This document shows, piece after piece, positions 1 to 11,640 of a DNA stretch of 64,000 bases (the stretch's first letter is position 1; each line of letters begins with the position of its first letter). A program made the translations under genes and the position numbers. Source of the stretch: Octopus sinensis (lineage: Eukaryota); contig NC_043005.1 of the NCBI RefSeq assembly GCF_006345805.1, positions 22,258,001 to 22,322,000 of the forward strand. The letters are read 5' to 3'. The notes beneath the pieces are model-generated. The model had not been told where the DNA came from. It ran no database searches and saw only the letters and a list, made by a program, of their open reading frames with translations.

Positions 1-54
1 GAAGCTTAAGCAATTCCTACTACTTTCGAGGGAAAATACTATTAGAGAATAAAA

Positions 55-1263
55 ATGGAGAAAAGTGACTTAGATGAGAATTTTACATACCAAGATGATA
101 TCATTCGTCGCACACGGAAAGCAATCCGTGATTTGCATACACTTCGTAATGAACACCTCAGCATCATCAATAATATCAAAATGAATTTCAAAAGCAATGT
201 AGTTGATACAAATGATATAACAGTAGAAAAACTTGATGTTTTGAAACATTCCCAAGAAGCAATAGACTTGGCTTTGGAAGAAGCAGAAATAACAATGCTT
301 TTGACAAAACATTTGCAGTATCTTGAAGGAGAGAACTTGAAACTGCGTACTGAGGTGTCACTTCTGAGAAAAGAGAATGATTGGTTAAGAAGTGAATTGT
401 TAGATGCTCAGACCAAATTGCAAAACTGTCAAGAATCTCTTGTAGTTGCTGAGGAGAAAATAAAGCACTTTGAGTTCATGAAAGAGTTAAATTTTGATGA
501 GAATGAAGAAAAAACTGATTATGATAGTGAGGGCAAATGCCGCCCTTCATCTTTTGATTTGAGTTTCTTGGATGACATTGTAGAAGATGCAGAAAGTCCT
601 GGCTATGAAATTCCTGCTCGATTCCGATCGTTGTATGACTTAATAACACAGTATGTTATGCAAGGTCGACATCAGGTGGCATTAACTTTATGTAAGCAAA
701 CAATACAGAATTTAGAAAAAACTAGTCGGTTTAACCCTGAAGAAGCTATAGTCCTACATATGCAGGCTCGCATCTATAAAGATATGGGCAACATGCAAGA
801 AGCTGTCAGAGTGTTAAAAGCTGCTCTTTTAATAAGAGAAAACACTGTAGGTCATGAACATCCTTCTGTGGCAGCAGTTCTAAATAACCTTGCTGTGATA
901 TATGGAAAAAGTGGTAATTTCAAAGATGCTGAAAAAATGTGTAAGAGAGCTCTGGAAATAAAAGAGAAAATTCATGGTACTTATCATCCTTCGGTGGCAA
1001 AATTATTCAATAATCTGGCACTTCTCTGTCAAAATCAAAACAAATATGAACAAGCAGAGTACTATTACAATCAGTCTTTGGAAATATATAAATCTATGTT
1101 TGGAAATGATCATATGTCGGTAATGAAAAGTAAAAATAACCATGCTTCTTTATATCTTCGGCAAGGAAAGTATCGGCAAGCTCAGGATATCTACAGAGAG
1201 TTCTTATACAGTTTTGTGAAAAGAAATACGGTAGCATCGATGATGACAGTGGGCATACTTTAA
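55..1263 (+). CDS. KLC: Kinesin light chain-like protein, intronless (probable retrogene): N-terminal heptad region plus TPR1-5
   Basis: The 402-aa ORF aligns by eye to KLC throughout: LRNEH, heptads (ENLKLRTEVSLLRKENDWLRSEL ~ [23 protein letters not shown]), GYEIPAR, HPSVAAVLNNLAVIYGK, NNLALLCQNQNKY, KSKNNHASLYLRQGKY. An in-frame upstream TAG (43-45) supports ATG 55. No introns. Confidence 0.93.
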   Translation: MEKSDLDENFTYQDDIIRRTRKAIRDLHTLRNEHLSIINNIKMNFKSNVVDTNDITVEKLDVLKHSQEAIDLALEEAEITMLLTKHLQYLEGENLKLRTEVSLLRKENDWLRSELLDAQTKLQNCQESLVVAEEKIKHFEFMKELNFDENEEKTDYDSEGKCRPSSFDLSFLDDIVEDAESPGYEIPARFRSLYDLITQYVMQGRHQVALTLCKQTIQNLEKTSRFNPEEAIVLHMQARIYKDMGNMQEAVRVLKAALLIRENTVGHEHPSVAAVLNNLAVIYGKSGNFKDAEKMCKRALEIKEKIHGTYHPSVAKLFNNLALLCQNQNKYEQAEYYYNQSLEIYKSMFGNDHMSVMKSKNNHASLYLRQGKYRQAQDIYREFLYSFVKRNTVASMMTVGIL

Positions 1264-1505
1264 CTCCTCAGGAACAAGAAAATGGTGGCTTGTTAATCTA
1301 TTATATAAAAAAAATATGCGAACGGAGTAAAATGGGTTTGAACGTTTTTAAGAATCCTGCATTGATCACAACTTTGGTGAACATGGGTATACTTCATAGA
1401 CTTATTGGTAAAAACAAAGAAGCTTCTCTCTTTGAAGAGAGTGTCTTTAGAATGAAAAAGACTAACAGCCGCTATAAACTAGTAGCAGTTCCTGAAGAAA
1501 ATTGA
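1215..1505 (+). CDS. KLC: Frameshifted C-terminal continuation of the KLC ORF (TPR5-6 linker and TPR6)
   Basis: The -1 frame is open from 1215 to TGA 1503-1505: CEKKYGSIDDD (~HEREFGSVDDE)...NPALITTLVNMGILHRLIGKNKEASLFEE (~[29 protein letters not shown]). One extra T in the TTTT at 1212-1215 gives a 483-aa protein. Confidence 0.82.
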   Translation, partial: CEKKYGSIDDDSGHTLTPQEQENGGLLIYYIKKICERSKMGLNVFKNPALITTLVNMGILHRLIGKNKEASLFEESVFRMKKTNSRYKLVAVPEEN

Positions 1506-1571
1506 TTTATACTGTATACATACATACACACATACTGTTCTACACTACTACAACTCAGTTTATCACATCAC

Positions 1572-1919
1572 AATAAATTATTGTGTAATTAAGGTGCTGC
1601 ACTCATAATGAATGCCTATACACACTGTTCAAATCATACAACATAAATTCTACTGCATCATTTATGGATCACATGCACTTCAATCTTTGTATTTCAAACT
1701 CAAATAGAAAGTACAAGACTCTTAATGTTTGATATATAATTGTAGTCAAGCAGGCACGTTACTCTGCACACTCTATTGGGAATAAATTTCACTTTGCATG
1801 TAAGCTGCATTGATGTTTACTCAGAGTGGAATTAAGGTACTGTTTACATTTTTTTTCACCTGACACTCTACTTTCCTTGGTGTCTACCACTTCCACTGTT
1901 TAAGATAAAGGGCAATAAA
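1572..1919 (+). promoter_or_regulatory. Candidate polyadenylation signals of the KLC-like gene
   Basis: AATAAA at 1572-1577, 1781-1786 and 1914-1919, downstream of the stop. The DNA is AT-rich, so chance matches are possible. Confidence 0.3.
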
Positions 1920-4534
1920 ATTTAAGACTCCAACTCCACCAAGTGAAAATTTATAAACTTCCATACCCGTCCAAACCTGAAAGTCAAAAATAAAATACAG
2001 AACAAAAAAGTAACACTAAAATCTGTAATATCAGACCTGATTTGTTATAAATTATCAGAACGGTAAACATAATGAATACTTCTGAATGAATTAGGAATTC
2101 TAAAATTTTAAAACATTTCCTGTGATCTTTTTACACCTTGTTTGTTTACTACTGTTATGATAACTTTCATGCACTTAATTTATTTCAGGCTAACTTCAGA
2201 AATATTTAACATTTTCAACTCCATTACTGACAGCAGCTTAATATATATGCATTTTGGTATACAGACAGGGGAAAGTGCTCAGAACATGTACACTATTTGT
2301 TTGAAACTGGTAATTTAATTCTTTGCTCTTCAAGTTTTTGCCAGGTGCAATTCTTCAGATGACAAAAAGAGGAAACATTGACTGTGGCAAGTGATGGAAT
2401 GAATCATTGGATTTGAAAAACTATACATATATACATATATATAGTTAAACTTTCATTGTCTAAATTTAGATGGGTAGGGTATATTTGTTCAGATAACTGA
2501 TCTGAACAAAAGACATCATATTGAACAAAATTACAAAACCTTGAAATATTGTTCTAATAATCTGAAATATGTACAATGTTATGTTCAATTGTACTTTATT
2601 ACATTTAGCCAAATCATTAATGAGCTCTCTACAGTAAAAACATGTAAATGAAGCTATCCCCTATGGTAATAGTTTATTTTCTGATTGCTGTATATACAAC
2701 AGCTGAATATTCTATGCTGTTGATTGGGGAACAAGATTGGGTATGTCTTTTCTGAGGAGTGGTTGACAAATTGTGAAATGTGGGACTCCCCCATCCTTTT
2801 ATTTCATGTAAAGAAAGCATAAAATGAATGTTTACTTTCTAATAGTTCAATATCATAGCTAAAGCCTTGTAATATTTAAATATGTGTCTGTGTGTGTGTG
2901 TATGTATGGTATGAAATTAATGGTGATATATATATATATATATATAAGTAAAGAATGGCTGAATGGCCAAGCTTGCTTCACAGTTATGAGGTTTTGGGTT
3001 CAATTGCATTGTGTGGAATCTTTGGCAAGTGCCTTTACCATAGTCCTGAGTCACCTCAAGTTTTGTTAGTGAAATTGGGTAGACAGATGAACTGTACCAA
3101 TAACTTTAAGTGCAACCTTCTCAAACTGTGTCATGCTAGTAGTATTTCAGAATTATGTTAAAGATACAAGTGTCTGTGAAATATTCAACCACTTTGCGTG
3201 CTAATTCAGTAAGTTGGTTATTGAGTTGATTGAATTGCTGGATGCGCAATCAATCATAATCAGTAGGTTAGCTAAATTAGTTAAGTATAACCATTGCATC
3301 ATGTCTTTTTATTGGTAGAATAATGCTTCCAAAACATACCTGTTTCAACTCCAATTTTCACATCAAGGCTTGGAATGTGTGTGTGTGTGTGTGTGTATAC
3401 ACACATATGCGTATTTATTGAATCTGTGGCATATTGAAGGTTCCCTCTGCTTGGTTTGGTGATCCCTTGTCTCCTTTTGTTACAACTCTGATATATATGA
3501 ATAAATGTGTATTTATATTATCAAAAGGATGAAACAGCAGAAAACCAAGAAAGGAAAAGAAAATGAGAAATTCTGCTTGTATAATGTGTGTAGTAAGAAG
3601 AAAAATATTTACAAACACATTTCTTTTATCTTTCATTGCAAATTTCCTATTAAATTCTGATTTTATGGTATGGAGTACCTAGTCAATTGTAATCATTGCA
3701 AAACTCTAAAGTAATACTTTAATGAAGAAAAGATGTATGCAAATATATGCTGACTGAATAGAGATCTGATGGAACTAGGTATAAATAGTGAGGGAATTTT
3801 GTTTGTCAGACATGAAATTTGAGTAGCTGTTAGTTGTGTTTGGACTTGAAAATGTTAACATTGTTATTCATTTTTCTTACTATTAAACAACATTGGTGTA
3901 ACAAATACAATTTATTTATTGAACAATGCATTGTTATATCATATGGACTGAGGAAAAAAAAACCTAATATAATATGATCAAATATAAATCTCAATTATTT
4001 TTTACAAATTAAATTGTTGAATTATGGCTTTTATTGTATTAGTTTTTGTTTCTTGTAACATCTGCCAGATAGCAACTATTTACCTGATTCATATTACACT
4101 CTGCTTGTCTTTCTGCATGCCTGTTTCTCTTAAATACATTGTCTCACTAACTTTTTCTTGTTGTTCACTTTCACCAATATTAGTTCTTTTCTTTTGCTAC
4201 TTCCATTCTCTCTCCCTCTGTTTCTTTTCTCTCTATACTGTCACTCTTTATTCCCTTTCTTTTTTCCTATTCTTTCCATTGTCCCTGTTTAACCCTGTTC
4301 TCCCTCACTCAATTAGTCTTTATACTTTCCTTCTTTCCTCTTTCACATTTTCACCAGCTGCTACCTTCTAGTGTTTTAGACCTACTTGCAAAATTTACAA
4401 AAACAAGAAATGGCCCTCACATGATTGGTTTTCTAATGAACAACTACAGTATTTTGTTAAATCCTAAAAAATAAATAATCTTCAATAATGTTGATGAGGA
4501 TTTTTAAAAGCTTGCCATTATTTTAAATCTCTCT

Positions 4535-4719
4535 AAGGCAGTGAGCTAGCAGAATCGTTAGCATGCTAGACAAAATGATCAAATTCTGCTGAGGTCGACT
4601 TTGCCTTTCATCCTTTTGGGGTTGATAAATTAAGTACCAGTTGAGTACTGGAGTTTATGTAATCGACTGTCACCCTCTCCCAAATTTCAGGCCTTGTGCC
4701 TATAGTAGAAAGGATTATT
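4535..4719 (+). mobile_element. SINE family A (aaggcggcgagctggcagaa... head), internally deleted copy
   Basis: Shares gaggtcgactttgcctttcatcctt..gataaattaagtaccag..ggccttgtgcctatagtagaaaggattatt with copies at 12.9k, 39.1k, 42.3k, 52.0k, 54.8k and 60.1k. Confidence 0.8.
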
Positions 4720-4939
4720 TTAAATCTTTCCCTGAACAGACTTTACAAATTGACCAAGATAGTGAAACAAATGACTTACAGTTGTCCTAATTAAGACATG
4801 ACCCAGTAAGTGTGTGTGTATTTATATGTACCTACATACCTGAGAAATATATATATATACATAGAGAGCTATATAAAGACCAATGAATATCTTGCTGAAT
4901 TCTGCAAAAGATGTAGAAACTTCCACATTTCATATGATT

Positions 4940-5320
4940 GTGCTGGTGGCACATAAAACGCTCTATCCAAATGTGATTGAGGCCAAGCCTGCCTGACTGG
5001 CTCCTGTGTCAGTAGCATGTAAAAAGCACCATCTGAACAAGGCCATACCAGTACTCCCTGGCTGGTTCCCATGCCAGTGGCGTGTAAAAAGCACTATCTG
5101 AATGTGATCAGTGCCAGGCCTATCTGACTGGCTCCTGTGGCGGTGGCACGTAAAAAGCATCCACTATACTCTCGGAGTAGTTGGCGTTAGGAAGAGCATC
5201 CAGCTGTAGAAACATCGCCAGATCAGATTGGTGCCTGGTGCAGCTACTGGCTCTCCAGACCTCAGTCAAACCGTCCAACCCATGCCAGCATGGAAAATGG
5301 ATGTTAAATGATGATGATGA
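4940..5320 (+). mobile_element. SINE-like element with ~65-bp internal tandem units and an RTE-type (GAT)n tail
   Basis: Four gtggcacgtaaaaagca-like units at ~65-bp spacing, then ggcgttaggaagagcatccagctgtagaaac...aacccatgccagcatggaaaatggatgttaaatgatgatgat. The same tail recurs at ~13720-13770. Confidence 0.7.
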
Positions 5321-5592
5321 TATATATATAACCTTCATTTACAACATTATGCAATGTGAAGACAAGGCCATACACACACATACATATCTTATCTGAAATA
5401 TATATTGGCTAACTCTGAGTATAATGTTAAGTAATTGGATTGTTACATAAAACTCCATTGTATTCCTTGCGCAAAACCAATTGGTAAGATCAGTTGTGAT
5501 GAATATATAATACAAAATATTTTGGATAATATACCCACTCTATTGACAGATATACAAGTGCATCTCCCTGGCTTATGGTTTCTTAAATGACT

Positions 5593-5640
<48 letters not shown>

Positions 5641-5651
5641 TATATATATAT

Positions 5652-5714
<63 letters not shown>

Positions 5715-6134
5715 TATGTATGTGTGAGTGTGTGTATGCTCGTGTCTCCATGTCTTCACATTATGTAATGCTGTAAATGGATCTTCTTCATTTTCAATAT
5801 TCTGTGAAAACATGTTTGGTCATAGGGAAATATTACCTTGCTTGGAAGTAGGTAAGGGTTGGCAAAAGGAAGGGTATCTGGCTGCCAAAAATCTGCCTCA
5901 CTAAACTCTGACCCATGAAAATGATGATGATGATTTGTGTGTGTATGTGTGTGGTTAAGACTACAGAAAGTGGACACAAGCTAAGACACAATGAAACAGA
6001 AATTATGAACTTTTTTGTGGGGAAAGACAGGAAGATTTCAGAACCTGTCACTGTGGCACTTTAACCGTAAGTTTATTTTAAAACAAAGCAAACCAGTATA
6101 GAATGTTTTCTCTGTTTGTCTGTCTGTCTCTCTC

Positions 6135-6165
<31 letters not shown>

Positions 6166-6833
6166 TTTATATACATGTATATGTGCATGCAGTCACACTG
6201 GCCAGTTTGTTTGAAAAAAGATAAAGTAATGATAAATCATGCTAAGCTTAAAAACCTTAATTTTTGGAAATAACGTGCGCGCGTGCACACACACACACAC
6301 ACACACACACACTATCAAACTAAAATTCCTAATTTATCTTTTCCATTTTAAATGTTATTATTCTATTCATCTGTCTGTCTCTCCTTTTTTCCTCTCTGAA
6401 CAGCTGTACAGAATAGAATATGTTATCTAACTGGAAAGTACATATATTGTGGTTATCTGTGGTGGTTGTTAGTATTGTATGACTGACCTCATTCACTCTT
6501 TTTTCAGTGGATCTGTACGAATGATGATTAACTTTAAATGAATATATCTACCCCTAGATATGTTGAGAGGGGAAATTAACCTCACCCCTGCAAGATAACA
6601 TAATACTCAATGTCACTCTGCTACAGTATTGAAATATACCAATGTCTAATACTTACCTGAAGTAATGGATTGTGCCACTGAGAGGTACCTACTTGATGTG
6701 GTTGGTTATATTATGCATGACCAGCATTCAACAGTGAGTTATGTCTGTGTGGAACCTACTTACTGCTGTGAGTTATATCACCATGTGGGACCTATTTACA
6801 GCATATGGTACATACAGTAATGAGATATACTAC

Positions 6834-7684
6834 TATGTTGAGTCAAAAGTTTGCAATATTTTGGTAACTTATTTGATTTATTCATTAAGTCACAACAAAA
6901 GCAGCTTAGCATTCAAAGTAGAGGCCATCATTTTACACCATATGAAGCCACCTGTTTGCCAGTTCTTTGATCCTATGCTGACACCAGTTCTTGTCCTTCG
7001 AGACAACTTCTTCATAGAAGCTTCCACTTCCTCTTGGTTGATGAAGTGTTGCAAAGGCAGGAATTAAGCCATGGATCAGAACAAGTAATAATGCAAGGAA
7101 GATATCTTTCCACAATACTAATGTGCATGAGCAGAAATTAAGCAAAGACCAGCTTTCGGAACCTGTTGCCAAACATGAGTTTCAAACACAGGAGATGCTC
7201 TGCACCTGGTGGAATTATGAGGTGATAATTCACTATAAGTTTTTCAGACAGTCAAACCATTGATGCCAACCCGTATTTCGAACAGCTGGAGTGGATGTAT
7301 GCCATTTTGCAGCAAAACTACCCAACATTGGTTAACAGAAAATGACTCCAGAATAAACTCCAGGAACTTGAGGGGATCAAACTGATTCTAAACCCAATAT
7401 ATATTCTGGACCTAGCTCCCTCAGATTATTACTTATGATCCATGGCTCACTTCCTCTGCTTGTGATGCTTCATCAACCAAGAGGAGGTAGAAGCTTCAGT
7501 GAAGGTCTTCACTCTGAAGGACAAGTACTGGTATCAATGTAGGATCAAAGAACTAGCAGAGAGGTGGCTTCAGATGGTACAGCATGATGGCCTTTACATT
7601 GAATGTTAGGCTGCTTTTGTTGCAACTTGATGAATAGAGCAAATAAGTTGCAAAAATATTGCAAAACGTTTGACTACACAATAT
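6834..7684. mobile_element. Mariner-derived foldback element (3' half of transposase plus inverted copy of its 3' end)
   Basis: + strand 7190-7610 gives decayed mariner motifs (MLCTWWNYEV, YPTLVNRK, DLAPSDYY, KDKYWYQCRIKELAERWLQMV). 6834-7095 is the reverse complement of ~7425-7684. Confidence 0.8.
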
Positions 7685-8103
7685 CCCTTGATACCCTATA
7701 TATATCAGGGAGATATACCAATCTGTGCTACCTCCTACTGCAGTGAAATATAGTCAAATAAGATACAGGGCTACATACAGCAGTGGAATGTACCACCATG
7801 TAGTATACATTTGGAGCACTCTTCCTTGAAAATGTATGGCTTAGTTGTCAGGCTCATTCCAGTGGTTCTACTTTACAATCTGTCTATTAGTAGTTAGTTC
7901 TACACTATGACTGACTACTTGAAACCTGATGAGACTCAACAGTTTAAAGAGCCAGTAATTTTTGTTGCTATTTTTATCCTGAAAATTTGTGATTATGTTC
8001 TTAGATATTATTGAATGGATGATTTCTGAGATCAGGAGTTCAAATCCAAGACTAAGTACTTATTTTGGGCTAGGATCTTACACATGAACATGACAAGTGT
8101 TTA

Positions 8104-8230
8104 TACGAGGGGTGTGTGAAAAGTCTTGAGCCTCAAAAAAACAAAACATGGTACAAAACTGCTGATGAAGGTACAAGACTTCAAGTCTCAAAGGCCTTGA
8201 AGACTCAAAACTTTTCATACACCCCTCATA
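8104..8230. mobile_element. Tc1/mariner-type MITE
   Basis: TIRs tacgaggggtgtgtgaaaagt / acttttcatacacccctcata, with TA at both ends. Confidence 0.75.
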
Positions 8231-8410
8231 TATGTGTGTGTATGTATAAAAGCAAACAACCCAACAACTGTTTAAATTATTTTAGTTTCTGAAATGGTGA
8301 AATGTAAGTAATTTAGTATAATTAGTTTTATAAACTAATTTCCATTTTGTCACTATTTAGATGTTCCCATTTTCCTCAAGGATTAAACAAAGACTGACTG
8401 AATTATCCCC

Positions 8411-8636
8411 TTAACTCTTTAGCATTCAGATTAATCTGACAAATATAGTAATTATTTACTTGCATTGTTTTGAATTAATCGGGCATTATCTCATAGCTTT
8501 GAGATTTTGATGAAGTGTTTGTTTATTTTTAGAACACCATCATTGCGTATGTTTCAGAGGTCAGATCTGGTTGGTTTGAACATAAAACAAAGAACGTATG
8601 GGCCAGATATAGCCAGTTTAAATACTAAAGTGTTAA
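8411..8636. mobile_element. TTAA-flanked MITE (piggyBac-like)
   Basis: Ends ttaactctttagcatt / aatactaaagtgttaa are imperfect inverted repeats with TTAA at both termini. Confidence 0.6.
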
Positions 8637-9111
8637 AGAATAAGTTATTCTTATTACCATCCTGTCCAAAGGAAAATACCATTTTTACTACCATTATGCC
8701 TGAAAAAATGGTCATGTTTGAAATATCTTGATCAAGGCTGACATGAGTCTGAACTACAAGTATCCACATCTCTGTTCATTATCACTCTTTATTGTTGTGA
8801 CTTAGGCACCAGGGCCAGTGTGTATTCTTAATGACATATTTCAAAAACAACTGTGCCTTATCCATCATAAGCATACATATGCCTGCATACATACGCCTGC
8901 ATACATGCACCTGCATACACACATTCACATACATGTACACACATACATATACACATGAAGGAAAGCCAAGGAGGGAACCTCTACATGGTTACTCAACCTA
9001 CTAGAAATAGCAGTCAAATTTTCTTTTGAATTGCACTTGATCATCTTTAAGAAGAGAAAATTCATATAATGTAATTTGAGATTGACTGGAAAAGAAAAGA
9101 AAATAATTATA

Positions 9112-9260
9112 GCAGGCATGGCTGTGTGGCTGTGAAGCTTGCTTCCCAATCATGTGGTTTCAGGTTCAGTACCTTTGTATGGCACTTTGGGCAAGTGCCT
9201 TCTATTATAGTTCCACAGCAACCAAAGCCATATGAAGGGATTTTGTAGATGGAAACTGAA
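9112..9260 (+). mobile_element. SINE family B, decayed copy
   Basis: ggcatggctgtgtgg...aagcttgcttcccaa...ttgggcaagtg matches the intact copy at 43486. Confidence 0.65.
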
Positions 9261-9897
9261 GGGTACCTGTTTTCTTTATGTGAACAAATTCATATTTTTC
9301 ATGTCTTCATGCATGTTTGCCAGTTGTAAACATTGGCATAGCATTGCAAATGGTGTTGTTTGCAGTCACTGCAAAAGTATGGTTGGGTTTCTTGGTATGT
9401 GTTGCTCAATCTTTGTAAACAAAAGGCTCATTTGTGCAATGTCATTCATTTCCAGTTCTCCACTTAACCATGCCTGGGTTGTTTGTTGCTCAAGAAAGTA
9501 GGGGATCATTATCTTGTTCGGAAACAGGTGAGGATTGGCATCACATAAAGTATTTTGCCTTAGAAACCAGTTCACTTTCCATTCAAGGAATCGAAAAGTG
9601 GATGTTAAAATGATATTGGTGCTGATGGGTGGAATTAATGCTGACCTAAGGTTAATCAGTACCACAACCACCACACTGCTACAGTATCAACCTATGAAGG
9701 AACAGATGGGTAGACTGACTGATATAACAAAGTGTCAACAATTAAGGAAGTAGGCACCAGAGACCTAATCAGAGTAATTAACAGTGATTTATTTAAAATT
9801 AAATTTAGTCCTACTTGATATCATTATCACTTATTGGTGATAATGTTCATTATCATCATCATTGCCATTGTCACTTTTAGTACTTTTACTATCATTG

Positions 9898-10200
9898 TCA
9901 TTGCAATCCCATCACTGTCAGAACTTCTAATACCACTGTCAATACTACCATTACTGCCACTACTAACATTGCCAACACTACTGTCACACTAACACCACTG
10001 CCAACACTACTACCACAAATACTACCATTGTCAACAGTGCCACTATTACCACTGCAGATACAACCTCCACTGTCACCATTGTCAACACTACAACCATTGC
10101 CATCACTATCACTACAGCCACTAACTTTCATGCTACCTTTATTACTATCACTGCTACCATGATTACCACTACCACCACCATTGCTATCACCACTACCATC
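9898..10200. repeat. Degenerate (ACC/ACT)n low-complexity tract
   Basis: Runs of accact/actacc/ccattg trinucleotide variants. Confidence 0.75.
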
Positions 10201-11507
10201 ATAATTATATAACTTCCTTCTAGACTGAAAACAATGATGTTTAAATTTAACATAGATTTTCATTAGACAAAAACTTGTAGTTATTGCTGTAATGCTATGA
10301 TTCAGTAAGAAACTATGCTGCTGCCAGCTTGTCAAATCAAGTTTTCATATCAGTTCATATCTTTAAAATGTGATTCATTTTGATTAAACATCAGCTGGCC
10401 CAGTCAGTTGTCAGTCAAGGTTTGAAGGAAAAACTGGCACACCTCTTTCCTCAATTTCACATGGCTTTGTGTGTGGGTGGGGCACTGTCCTCTTTTATTC
10501 ATTAGTCATAATACACACACACATAGTTACATATACCCACATATACATATGATTACATATACACATACACACATAAAACTATGCATTCTCTCTCTCTCTT
10601 TCAAACACACACACTACACTCTCATGCACAAACAGACATGCACCACTCTCTCTGATAAATTGTGAACTATTTCATTTATTCATTTTGATATCAACCTGCC
10701 TCAAGCTACCCCTGGTTCTATGGTTCTCTAATCTAAAAATTTCCATCAAATTTTCATGTTAATTTATGTTCTAAGCACCAGCTTGATAATGTGAAGTTAC
10801 TTATTTTGCTAACTTCTTTATTACTTTCAAAATTAGTTGCAACAGATGTAGGATATTTCAACAAAAATATAGCACCAGAAAATTTCTTTTTCTAAAGAAC
10901 AATCTGTGATGATGTGTGTTAGCAAAAACATTTAATAAAATTTGTAAAATAAGTTTGTGCGGCATATCTTCTCAACATAGACCAATTCAGTAAATTCCTC
11001 CTTCTCCATACTTTTGCCTACCAAGCACTTAATCAAGTCCTTCTTCCCCATAACTACACATGTTCAAACTGAATAGTAATCATGTCAACAGTCTATGAAA
11101 ATCTGCACAGGTCATCTAAGTATAAAAACAAAAAGGGAAATTTTGACTTTAAGATAGGTGCTAAATGAACCGTTTAAATGGAAGGAGCCTATTCTGAATC
11201 TTAAGAACTCACTTATGATACAAAATTATTTAAATATTCTTCATGGATTTTTTAATGTTAAGGTTGCTTTTTTAATGATTACCTAGACACCATCAAACAT
11301 GTTCTACCTTGCTTCACATACCATGCCTGTTGGCATCTATTAGTCTATTAGGCCTTAGTCTGAAATTTCATGACTTTTCATGAAAAAGGCACAGCTGTAA
11401 TTTCTTGTTGCCTTTTGTCAGTTTATTTGCAGTTTACTTTGTTAGACTCTCCTCAGTAACACTTTTATTCTTTATAATTCTTGAGGCTTTATATAATAAA
11501 TGAGTTT

Positions 11508-11640
11508 TGGACCCTCCATAGAAATTTTTGTTTGCTGATGACCAGGTTCTTGAAGAGTCTATTGAAAAGTTGCCGAGAAAGTTCCATACTTGGAAGCATG
11601 GCTTAGAGTCCAAAGATCTCAAGTTCAACATGTGGAGGAT
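11508..11640 (+). mobile_element. RTE-type reverse transcriptase fragment
   Basis: Reads FLFADDQVLEESIEKLPRKFHTWKHGLESKDLKFNM, resembling the RTE motif LYADD...WK.GLESKGL.VN. Confidence 0.6.

Noticed and set aside
1205-1225. Programmed -1 ribosomal frameshift in KLC
   Set aside because: No canonical X XXY YYZ heptamer or evident stimulatory structure; an indel is simpler.
4024-4371. Hydrophobic 115-aa ORF (similarly 42438-42906 and 57460-57720) resembling a membrane protein
   Set aside because: CT-rich low-complexity DNA yields F/L/S-rich frames; no motif or splice context.
9898-10335. 145-aa Gly/Ser/Val-rich ORF (Thr-rich, mucin-like on the other strand)
   Set aside because: Degenerate trinucleotide tract; no credible start or splice sites.
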